This document shows positions 52,369-60,779 of a stretch of 64,000 nt of DNA, piece after piece (position 1 is the first letter of the stretch; each line of letters begins with the position of its first letter). Both the position numbers and the translations under genes were made by a program. Location: NCBI GenBank assembly GCA_052390615.1, contig JBQTGT010000007.1, forward strand, positions 73,614-137,613. Reading direction: 5' to 3'. The notes beneath the pieces are model-generated. The model did not search any database. It worked only from the letters and a program-made list of their open reading frames with translations, and had not been told where the DNA came from. This stretch comes from Actinomycetota bacterium (GTDB taxonomy: Bacteria > Actinomycetota > Acidimicrobiia > IMCC26256 > PALSA-610).

Positions 52369-54205
52369 GCGACGCCGCGTCGATCAGCGACGAGGACAGG
52401 CAGAGGTCGACGATGACACCGTCGCCGGCGCGTACGGTCTCCACCACCGCGCCGCCGGGCAGCACCTCCAGGGGCGCATCCAGTGCGTCGAGAAACGCGC
52501 GGGCGGAGAACTCGGGGATCGCTTCGCGATCGGGCACGAGGACGCGCAGCCGGGCCGAACCGACGATGGGCGGCGCGGGGGCGGGATCGACCGGTGGCGC
52601 GACCCCGTCGGGACGTGCCAACACGACGAAACCGCCGCGCTCGAGGTCGAGTGGCGGTTGGTAGGTCGACGACGACAGCTCGCAGCGACCAGCACCGGCG
52701 ATCGGCCCTGTCAACGTCGCAGGATCGGCGACGGTCGTGACGGTCGTCGCGCCGTTGGCGCGCAGGTACAACGGGATGAGCCACGCCCGATAGTCGGCCG
52801 CCACGAGCGTGCTGCCGTCGGGCAGCGCGTCGTAGAGTCCGTCGCGGGCTGCGCGTTCGACCGCCTCTTGGCGTATCCCTTCGGGCCGGCCGTAGGCGTT
52901 CACGACCCATTGGTTGTTGCGGGCGGTGGTCGCAACCAAACCGCCGGCCGTAAGACCGACGACGACTGCGAACGCGACGCGCGACGGACGTACGTACCGA
53001 GTCTGGAGGCGCGAGAACGCGGTCACCGCGGTCAACAGCAGTGCGATACCGACAAGCGCGAATCCGAACGACTGGAAGTAGACCCCGAGGTACGCCAACC
53101 CGAAGCCCAACTCGTCCTGCCAACGTTGAGCGATCGCGACGGTGACGACTGGCGCGATCCACAAGGTCAGACCGAACAGTGCGAGCACCAACCGGTCGCG
53201 CGCGGCCGCCGACCGACAGCGCGTCACCGCGACGGCGACCGCCGCTCCGACAACGAGCGCCAAGAAGAGTGATCCCAGCTCGTGACCCGAGAACAAGTCG
53301 CCGAGCGACGGCTCGGAGCGAAAAGCCGGCACATTGCCCGGAACGGCGCCGACGAACTGATAGATGGACGCCGGCAACATCTCCGACAGGTGAAAACGGG
53401 TCGTGTACGCCGGCTCCAATGCTTCCGCTTCGTCGCGCAACGACAACACGACGCCGAACAGCACCACGGTCGGCACGACAACGATCGCAGTGCTGACGAC
53501 CCGGCGCCGCACGTCGCCGGCCACGAGCCAGAAGCTCAGAACTGCGGCCGGCGCGACGAAGAACGCGATTTCGTACGAGGTCAATGCGAAAAACCACAGC
53601 AGCGCCGCGATCGGAAGCAACCACCAATCGCCTCGCACCTGCCAGCAGTTGAGCGCGAGCACCATGCCGAGCACCGCCGCGAGGACGACGGGCAGAAGTC
53701 CGCTGAGCGACAGCACCGCGTCGTGGAACAACCGGAACTGGATCGAGCTGAGCGCGAGGGCCACGGCGATGAATGCGGGCGGCCACTGTCGGGACACCTG
53801 ACGGATCAGTAGTGCGAGTAACGCGAGATCCAAGGCGACGACGAGGATCTGGAACGCCTCGTAGTGCGCGCGATCGTCGAGGAACCACCACACCGCGGAG
53901 CCTTCGGCGATGGCGCCCGGGAAGAACCGCCCCTGCTTCTCCATCCAATCACGCGTGTAGAAGCGCATGTGTTCCCACACCGACGAGTCCGTCTCTCGCA
54001 GGCTGTCCCGGAACAGCACGTTGATCGCGTCGTCACCGATGAAGCCGCCGTGGCGGAGTGGCCCAATCACCGCCATGAGTGCGATCACCAGGACGACGAC
54101 GCCGATGACCGGCGGGAGCCAACGCACGAGGTCGGGGAAACCCGGGCGCGCCGTCGTGACCTCGAGCTCGTCGGTCTCGGGCGTGGCTTCGTCCTCAATC
54201 AGCAT
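52355..54205 (-). CDS. Large polytopic membrane protein (~616 aa) with a C-terminal soluble domain; GT-C-like candidate
   Basis: ATG at 54205 overlaps the upstream GT4 stop by 11 nt. About 12 TM helices plus a ~170-aa tail. Confidence 0.6.
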   Translation of the reverse strand: MLIEDEATPETDELEVTTARPGFPDLVRWLPPVIGVVVLVIALMAVIGPLRHGGFIGDDAINVLFRDSLRETDSSVWEHMRFYTRDWMEKQGRFFPGAIAEGSAVWWFLDDRAHYEAFQILVVALDLALLALLIRQVSRQWPPAFIAVALALSSIQFRLFHDAVLSLSGLLPVVLAAVLGMVLALNCWQVRGDWWLLPIAALLWFFALTSYEIAFFVAPAAVLSFWLVAGDVRRRVVSTAIVVVPTVVLFGVVLSLRDEAEALEPAYTTRFHLSEMLPASIYQFVGAVPGNVPAFRSEPSLGDLFSGHELGSLFLALVVGAAVAVAVTRCRSAAARDRLVLALFGLTLWIAPVVTVAIAQRWQDELGFGLAYLGVYFQSFGFALVGIALLLTAVTAFSRLQTRYVRPSRVAFAVVVGLTAGGLVATTARNNQWVVNAYGRPEGIRQEAVERAARDGLYDALPDGSTLVAADYRAWLIPLYLRANGATTVTTVADPATLTGPIAGAGRCELSSSTYQPPLDLERGGFVVLARPDGVAPPVDPAPAPPIVGSARLRVLVPDREAIPEFSARAFLDALDAPLEVLPGGAVVETVRAGDGVIVDLCLSSSLIDAASLTYR

Positions 54206-55397
54206 GGCGTCGACCCGACCGCACACCGGCGAGCAACTCCTCGTACCGTTCCATCACCGCGTCCCAGCGGTAGTGCCGCTCGACGTACCGACGGCCGGCC
54301 GCACCCAGGGCGGGCCCGAGCTGTTCATCCTCTTCGAGCATCTCGAGTGCGACCTCGAAATCGGCGAACGAGGAGAACGGGATCGCACCACCCGAACGCA
54401 ATGCTTGGCCGCGCAGCACCGCGCAGTGTCCTTGCACTAGAGCGGGCTTGTGTTGCGCCCAGGCTTCAGTGAGTGCCATCGAGAAGCTCTCGAAGTATGA
54501 CGGCTGCGCCAGCGCGAGGCAGCCGTCGATCGCGTCGCGCGTGAGTTGGTCGTCGAGGAAACCGAGGATCCGGATGTCGTCGCTCTCGGGCATCGGCATG
54601 ACCGGATCACCGATGTAGACCAGCGCGAGATCAGTATTGTGACGCTTTCGGTACCAGCGAAGGAACAGGTGGAGCTCGTCCGCGCCTTTTCCGGTGTCGA
54701 GCCGGCCGAGGTACAGCAGGTACGGCCGATCACCGAGACCGAACCGGCGTCGGAACCGCTGGCCGTCACCCGTCGCGTCGAGGTCGGTGCCGATTCCGGT
54801 GATGACCGACGGACGCACGAGACCGAAGCGCTCGTGGACGAGGTCGGCCTCCTCCTCCGTCAGGAACCCGAAGGCGTCCGCGGACGCGAACACGGAATCG
54901 AACGCGCACATGTAGAGCGGCGGCTCATGGTGCGCGGTGGGGTGCAGCACGACGGGCCGGATGCGCGCCGCAACGGAGATACCGCTGGTCGTGCTGGTAT
55001 AGAGGTACGTGAAGAACACGCACAGGTCGTAGCTCGACGTGTTCTCTGTGAGCCATGGCACGAGATCGGGCATGCACGGGCCGATCATTGTCAGCCACGA
55101 ACGCTCGACGGGAGGCGCGACGGACAGACCCGAACGCAGCGCGCGTTGGTCGAGAGGCCCGAACAACCCTGGGTCGCGCGGCGCCTCGACCGACAATCGG
55201 TGCAACGTGACTCCGCCTTCGACGGTCGTTCCCGGCGGGAGCGCGTTGGCCCAGTCGACATAGCTACGCGCACAGCTGGTGAGGACGTCGACCTCGTGTC
55301 CCCGAGCGACCAGATGCTCGGCGAACTGCCGGCACATCGTCTCGGACCCACCGGAGATGTCGGTTCCGTACCGATGGACGACGAAGAGCAGCTTCAC
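54195..55397 (-). CDS. Glycosyltransferase GT4, type-a paralog 2
   Basis: GTGA overlap with the upstream GT4. N-terminus KLLFVVHRYGTDISGGSETMCRQFA..RGHEVDVLTSCARSYVDWA. Confidence 0.85.
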   Translation of the reverse strand: MKLLFVVHRYGTDISGGSETMCRQFAEHLVARGHEVDVLTSCARSYVDWANALPPGTTVEGGVTLHRLSVEAPRDPGLFGPLDQRALRSGLSVAPPVERSWLTMIGPCMPDLVPWLTENTSSYDLCVFFTYLYTSTTSGISVAARIRPVVLHPTAHHEPPLYMCAFDSVFASADAFGFLTEEEADLVHERFGLVRPSVITGIGTDLDATGDGQRFRRRFGLGDRPYLLYLGRLDTGKGADELHLFLRWYRKRHNTDLALVYIGDPVMPMPESDDIRILGFLDDQLTRDAIDGCLALAQPSYFESFSMALTEAWAQHKPALVQGHCAVLRGQALRSGGAIPFSSFADFEVALEMLEEDEQLGPALGAAGRRYVERHYRWDAVMERYEELLAGVRSGRRHAD

Positions 55398-56461
55398 GAG
55401 AGCACGGGCGCGACGGCCCGCAGGAAATCTCGGATGCACTCGGCGTCGTCGAAGTGGCGGCTCCGCTCGAGCGCGCGCTCACGCAACAATGCCTGAATGG
55501 CAGGTTCACGCAAACACAACGCGATCGCTTCGGCGAACGCCAGCGGGCCAGCGCTCTCCGGCAGCAAGAAACCACCGGTGCCGACCGTCTCCGGCAGCGC
55601 CGCGACCGCGCGCGCGATCACCGGCACGCCGAACGACATCGCCTCGATTGCGGGAACACACAAGCCTTCGTGATGGCTCATCGTCACCAACAGGTCGGCG
55701 CGCTGATACAGCGCGGCCAGCTCCGGCTCCGGCACTCGCCCCCGCACCTCGACCGCGGGTAGCACGAGTTCACGGGCGAACTCGCCGAGCGCATGCGCGT
55801 ACGCGGAGTGATGGTTCGGGCCGACGAAGAGGAACCGCACGTCGCTGCGGTGATAGGTGGTCACGATGTGCGCGGCGATGATGAGCTCGTGCAGTCCCTT
55901 GTGCGGCAACATCTGCGCGACGCAGAGCACGAGCGGGCGAGGGTCGGCCGTGAGTACCTTGGCTTCGGCCTCGACGTCAAGACGGTGGAGCCGCAGGACG
56001 CCGAGCGGCGGCGTGACGACGATCGGATCGGGGAAGCCCGCGTCGATCAGGTCCTTGGCGTTGCACGCGCTGTCAGCCATCGCGAGCGCCGTGCGACCGC
56101 GCAACACCTCGAGGTCGCGGCGGCCCATGTCGAGGAGGTACGCGAAACCTGGTTGCGACGACTCGAAGAACGCCGCGGGCGTGATGTTGTGGTACTGGAG
56201 AACGAGTTGGGCCTTGGTATCGAGCAAGAACCGCACGAGCTTCTGTTCGCCGATACTCAAGTGGTACAGCACGGTCGCGTTCCGCAACGTCGCCGGCTCG
56301 ACGTCGTCGATCAGCTCGACCCGGTCGGCGAGGTCGACGTGCCTCGCCGCCGCGAACACTCGACTCTCACCCAGGCGTCCGAGCACCTCTTGATACCGCA
56401 ACGTGATCTCGGTGATCGCGTCGCCGGGGTAGGCGTACACGATCGCCTGGTGCAAACTCAT
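55394..56461 (-). CDS. Glycosyltransferase GT4 (divergent N-terminal domain)
   Basis: ATGA overlap with the coiled-coil methyltransferase gene. C-terminal SHHEGLCVPAIEAMSFGVPVI signature. Confidence 0.8.
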   Translation of the reverse strand: MSLHQAIVYAYPGDAITEITLRYQEVLGRLGESRVFAAARHVDLADRVELIDDVEPATLRNATVLYHLSIGEQKLVRFLLDTKAQLVLQYHNITPAAFFESSQPGFAYLLDMGRRDLEVLRGRTALAMADSACNAKDLIDAGFPDPIVVTPPLGVLRLHRLDVEAEAKVLTADPRPLVLCVAQMLPHKGLHELIIAAHIVTTYHRSDVRFLFVGPNHHSAYAHALGEFARELVLPAVEVRGRVPEPELAALYQRADLLVTMSHHEGLCVPAIEAMSFGVPVIARAVAALPETVGTGGFLLPESAGPLAFAEAIALCLREPAIQALLRERALERSRHFDDAECIRDFLRAVAPVLS

Positions 56462-57621
56462 CGCACCGCGATCACTGCGTAGTCGCACGCCGCGAACACG
56501 ACCTCGTTGAGACGCAAGACATTGCGCGTCGCAAGGTTGTCATCGGGATCGGTTTCGAGCAGGGTCGGTTCGGGCAGGTGCGATCGGTACTCGATCTCGA
56601 CTTCGCCAAACCCGGCCATGTCACACACCATCGCGAGATACTCTGGATCGACGAGTCGAACATGAGTCGCGTCGAGCCAGAACGATGACGCGTGCACGAA
56701 CAGGGACCGAGGGTTCGGCGTCTCGAGCACCAGCAGCCCGCCCGGGCGGAGGACGCGGCGGACTTCGTCGATGAGGTGCAGCAGCACTTCACGTTCCATG
56801 TGCTCGATGACTTGGAGTGAGACGAATCCGCCGAGCTCGCCTGCCGGGATCGCCGCGAGCGTGTCGAAGCCGTCGCCGCAGACGACCGGCAGGCCTTCCT
56901 TTTGTGCCACGACCGCGATGTTCGGATCGAGCTCGACACCGGCTGCGACGACTTCGCGAGCAGCCAGCAGGTGCAGGAAATCGCCCCGCCCGCACCCGAA
57001 GTCGAGAACCGGATCCTTGCCGATGAGCCGATCGGCCAGCGCCTCGTACTTGTACATGATGTCGTCGCGAGCGCCGCGAAATTTTTCCAGCGCGATCGGG
57101 TCGAACCACGACGGGTCCTCGCCGAACGAATCACGGCCAAGGAACCGCAGTCGAGTTTCGACGCGACGCGTCAGCTTCTCGAGCCGCGATTGGAGCGCGT
57201 CGACACGCGCGTGCAGGTTCTCGATCGTCCGCGACAGCGAGAGATCGGTCGACGCGAGTTCGTGCACGACGCCCTTCACTGCGTCGGCGTACTCCTCGAC
57301 GAGATGAAGCGCGCCCTGGACCTGGCGAGCAGTGATACCACCGATCGCGCGATGTGCGATCTGGCCCCCCGGCACCTTGGATTCGATAGTGATCCGCGAG
57401 CGGGGAAACCAGCCGGTCGACACGAGCGGCGAGATGACCTGATCAGCCAGACGCGGGCGGGGCGTGTCGGCGGTGACACGGAATTCCTGCACCCGCTCGA
57501 AGTGCTCGGCGAGATCGCGCTCGAGGTCGGGTGGGTAGGCCGCGGTCTGTCGGCGAGCCGCCACCGCCGCTTCGATCTGCTCGAGAAGCTGCGAGATCTC
57601 GATCGACTGGGGCTGATCCAC
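56458..57621 (-). CDS. Coiled-coil domain fused to a class I SAM-dependent methyltransferase (WbdD-like glycan chain-terminator candidate)
   Basis: GTG start after GAGGGAG. The N-terminal ~170 aa carry the shared motif (SKVPGGQIAHRAIGGITARQVQG) and heptad-like helices. The C-terminal half has SAM motif I VLDFGCGRGDF. Confidence 0.8.
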   Translation of the reverse strand: MDQPQSIEISQLLEQIEAAVAARRQTAAYPPDLERDLAEHFERVQEFRVTADTPRPRLADQVISPLVSTGWFPRSRITIESKVPGGQIAHRAIGGITARQVQGALHLVEEYADAVKGVVHELASTDLSLSRTIENLHARVDALQSRLEKLTRRVETRLRFLGRDSFGEDPSWFDPIALEKFRGARDDIMYKYEALADRLIGKDPVLDFGCGRGDFLHLLAAREVVAAGVELDPNIAVVAQKEGLPVVCGDGFDTLAAIPAGELGGFVSLQVIEHMEREVLLHLIDEVRRVLRPGGLLVLETPNPRSLFVHASSFWLDATHVRLVDPEYLAMVCDMAGFGEVEIEYRSHLPEPTLLETDPDDNLATRNVLRLNEVVFAACDYAVIAVR

Positions 57622-57709
57622 GTCTCCCTCGAAAATGCCGGGAATCCGGCGAAATCTACTGGACAGGATGCACCGCTACCGGACGACGCCCCTCAGGGAG
57701 GGCGACGGC

Positions 57710-58990
57710 TCAGGCGCCGGACTCCTCGACCTGCATCTCCTTTCCGGCGAAGCGAATGTCCACGGGAAACGAGACGCTCCCGGCGGCGCGACCAGGATTC
57801 ATCACGGCGAACGACCATTGTTGTTCACGCCAGTCATAGACGGTGCCTTCGTCACGAGTTTGCGCCGCGAGCGTCACGAGATATGTGCCATCGAGCAGCG
57901 GAACACGATCGAACTCGAACGCGACCTCGCCCGCCGCGCCGCCGTCGATTGTCGGCACGCGCGTCTCAAGGATCTTGGTGTTCGTCCCGAACAGGTGATT
58001 GCCGTCTTCGTCGTGGATCGCGATGCCGAAGAGCAGATCGTCGGTGGACTCGCGCGCCGCGTACGACACGCGTATGGTCAGCGCCTCGTCGGGAAGTAGG
58101 TACGACCGTCCGACGAGGCGACCGGGATGGTCGAACGCGACGTCGGCGATGTGCACTCGACCGGTCGCCGACTGGGCCATGCGCTGGCCGTGCGACAACT
58201 CGACCCCCACTGCTGCCGACGTCGTGGCACTCGACGGGGGCGCGTCGTCGTCGTAGCTCTCGCCCATCTGGAGATGCTCTCGGAACGACCGCACGGCCTC
58301 GCCGGGCGGACCGTCGACAACCATGCGACCGTGGTCGAGGACGATCGCACGATCGCAGATGCGGCGAACGAGGTCGGCCGCGTGCGTCACGAACAGGATC
58401 GTGCGGCCCTCGCGCTGGAAACGAGCGACGCGCTCGAGGCACTTCCGCTGGAATGCTTCGTCGCCGACGGCGAGCACTTCGTCGACGAGCAAGATGTCGG
58501 GATCGACATTGACCGCCACCGCGAACCCCAAGCGGACGTACATGCCCGACGAGTAGTGACGGACCTGCATATCGATGAAGCGCTCGAGCTCGGCAAACTC
58601 GACGATCTCGTCGAAGATTCTCTCGGTCTCCTTCTTCGACAAGCCGAGAATCGACGCGTTCAAGAAGATGTTCTCGCGCCCTGTCAGTTCCGGGTGGAAG
58701 CCGGCCCCCAACTCGAGCAACGCCGCCAACCGGCCCCGGGTGACGATCTCGCCGTGCGTGGGCTGGAGGATGCCGGCGATGCACTTGAGCAGCGTCGACT
58801 TGCCCGACCCGTTGTGGCCGAGCAGCCCGACGGTTGCGCCCTCCGCGACTTCGAATTCGCAGTCGCGCAGCGCCCAGAAGTCCTCGTACGGCACGCGACC
58901 GAAGTGGATGACGCGCTCTTTCAGCGACGAGTAGCGCTCGTGCGAGAGACGAAACCGCTTCGAGACGCCCCGAACCTCGATGGCCGCCAT
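57710..58990 (-). CDS. wzt: ABC-transporter ATP-binding protein Wzt with a C-terminal glycan-terminus-binding beta-sandwich domain
   Basis: Walker A GHNGSGKST, signature YSSGMYVRLGFA, Walker B ILLVDE, then a ~170-aa extra domain (VHIADVAFDH...GTYLVTLAA). ATG at 58990. Confidence 0.9.
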   Translation of the reverse strand: MAAIEVRGVSKRFRLSHERYSSLKERVIHFGRVPYEDFWALRDCEFEVAEGATVGLLGHNGSGKSTLLKCIAGILQPTHGEIVTRGRLAALLELGAGFHPELTGRENIFLNASILGLSKKETERIFDEIVEFAELERFIDMQVRHYSSGMYVRLGFAVAVNVDPDILLVDEVLAVGDEAFQRKCLERVARFQREGRTILFVTHAADLVRRICDRAIVLDHGRMVVDGPPGEAVRSFREHLQMGESYDDDAPPSSATTSAAVGVELSHGQRMAQSATGRVHIADVAFDHPGRLVGRSYLLPDEALTIRVSYAARESTDDLLFGIAIHDEDGNHLFGTNTKILETRVPTIDGGAAGEVAFEFDRVPLLDGTYLVTLAAQTRDEGTVYDWREQQWSFAVMNPGRAAGSVSFPVDIRFAGKEMQVEESGA

Positions 58991-59016
58991 GGCGGTTACT
59001 GCTCCTGCGCGAGATT

Positions 59017-59050
59017 GGGCCCGATGGGTCGAAGATAGTCGATCGGGCCC
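59017..59050 (-). terminator. Intercistronic hairpin between GT4 (59086-60279) and wzt
   Basis: GGGCCCGAT (59017-59025) and ATCGGGCCC (59042-59050) form a 9-bp stem with a 16-nt loop. No U-tract. Confidence 0.25.
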
Positions 59051-59085
59051 GCTGTTCCGGGGTCGTGCGCGCCGGTGACGGCCCG

Positions 59086-60279
59086 TCAGCGAGCGGCGAC
59101 GACGGCGTCCAACAACTGTTCGTAGCGGTCGAGGACGACGTCCCACGAGTACGCCTGCTCCACATACCTACCGCCGGCCGCGCCCATCGCGTCAGCTCGC
59201 GCGGGGTCACGCGCCAGCGCGTCGACCGCATCGCCGAAGTCATCGGGGCTCAGGTAGGCCACTCCTCCACCGCTGCGGTCGACATGACCGAGCGTGACCT
59301 CGCACCGCCGTTGCACGAGAACTGGTCGCGCTTTCGCGAACGCCTCGGCGACGACCATCGAGAAGGACTCGAAATGCGAGGGTTGCACGAGCGCGAGCGC
59401 GCCTGCGAGCGCGCTGTCGCGTATCGTCGCGTCGACGAAGCCGGTGACCACGATGTCGTCTCGACGAGGAACGTCGAGAAGCGGCGCGCCCAAGAGCACG
59501 AGTTGCATGTCACCACCTCGCGCGGCCTTGTACTGCGTGAAGAAGTGGAGCAACTCCGCCGCGCCTTTCCCGGCGTCGACGCGACCCACATAGACCAGGT
59601 AGGGATGATGTCCCACTGCCGGGAACTCCTGCCGGAACTGTGCATCGTCGGCGTGGCGCACGTCGACACCAATACCGACGACGGACCCGACAGGCTCGAT
59701 CCGGAAGCGCCGGCGGATCAGCGCGCGTTCCTCGGGCGTCGACAACGCGAATGCGTCCGGCAACCGAAATACCTCGTCGAACGGGACAAGGTGTAGCGGC
59801 GCTTCGTCGTGCACCGTGGGATGCAGCACCGTCGGCACGAGTCCCGCGGCCGCGCGCAGGCCCGCCCACGTCGGCCAGTAGAGGTAAGTGAAGAAGATGA
59901 CGCAGTCGAACCCGCGGCCGTGAGCAGCGAGCCACGGCGGCAGATCCGGGACGACCGGACCCTGACGTTCGAACCATTCGTATTGAGCGGCGACGGACCG
60001 AGGCGCTCGGCTGTCGAGCAGCTCGTTCGTGAGCGCGTCGAACGAGGCCTTGTCCCGCTTGGCCGCGACCGGCAGGCGATGCACGGCGACACCGGCCAAG
60101 TCGGACGTGCCGGGCTGGAACTCGTTGGCCCAATCGACGTTGGAGCTCGCGCACGTGGTCGCGACCTCGACCTCGTGGCCGCGCGCCGACAATCGTTGCG
60201 CGAACTCCAAACAGTGCTGTTCCGCGCCACCGGCGACGGTCTCGCCGTACCGCTGGACGACGTAGCACAGCCGCATCAT
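59086..60279 (-). CDS. Glycosyltransferase GT4, type-a paralog 3
   Basis: ATGA overlap with the upstream coiled-coil gene. N-terminus RLCYVVQRYGETVAGGAEQHCLEFA..RGHEVEVATTCASSNVDWA. Confidence 0.85.
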   Translation of the reverse strand: MMRLCYVVQRYGETVAGGAEQHCLEFAQRLSARGHEVEVATTCASSNVDWANEFQPGTSDLAGVAVHRLPVAAKRDKASFDALTNELLDSRAPRSVAAQYEWFERQGPVVPDLPPWLAAHGRGFDCVIFFTYLYWPTWAGLRAAAGLVPTVLHPTVHDEAPLHLVPFDEVFRLPDAFALSTPEERALIRRRFRIEPVGSVVGIGVDVRHADDAQFRQEFPAVGHHPYLVYVGRVDAGKGAAELLHFFTQYKAARGGDMQLVLLGAPLLDVPRRDDIVVTGFVDATIRDSALAGALALVQPSHFESFSMVVAEAFAKARPVLVQRRCEVTLGHVDRSGGGVAYLSPDDFGDAVDALARDPARADAMGAAGGRYVEQAYSWDVVLDRYEQLLDAVVAAR

Positions 60280-60758
60280 CCGTCAGGGAGTCGGGAGCGC
60301 ACGCGTTGCTCGAGATCATCGATGCGGCCGCGCATCTCCGTGATAGTGCGCCGCTGCTCGGCGATTCGCGTCTGCAGGTCGTCGAGTTGTTCGACGACGC
60401 CAGTGCCGAACTCACGACTCCACGTGGCCATCAACTCGACGACGTTCTCGAGCACACGATGGACGCCGTGCGCGTATTCCTGGGACTGCGCGAGCACGCC
60501 TTGCACCTGGCGAACGACTGTCTTCGCCACGAGCCGATGCACGACCGAACCGACGGGACGGCTGCTGGTCAGGTCGATGCGTTGCGCGTTGTACTCGAAT
60601 CGCGACAGTGCGTCGACCGCGTCCTCGAGCGCGGCGTAGACCGCCGGCGACAGCAACGGCGGATCGTCGACGCGCGGCATACCCTCCGCGCGACGCGCCG
60701 CGACCTGCGCACCGAGCCCGCCGAGCTCGTCGACTTGCGGCGACTCCGGTCCGCCCAT
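60276..60758 (-). CDS. Small coiled-coil protein, second stand-alone paralog of the methyltransferase N-terminal domain
   Basis: 160 aa. Motif TSSRPVGSVVHRLVAKTVVRQVQG, then helical heptads (QLDDLQTRIAEQRRTITEMRGRIDDLEQRV). Confidence 0.65.
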   Translation of the reverse strand: MGGPESPQVDELGGLGAQVAARRAEGMPRVDDPPLLSPAVYAALEDAVDALSRFEYNAQRIDLTSSRPVGSVVHRLVAKTVVRQVQGVLAQSQEYAHGVHRVLENVVELMATWSREFGTGVVEQLDDLQTRIAEQRRTITEMRGRIDDLEQRVRSRLPDG

Positions 60759-60779
60759 GCGCCAAAATGTACTGGAGTC

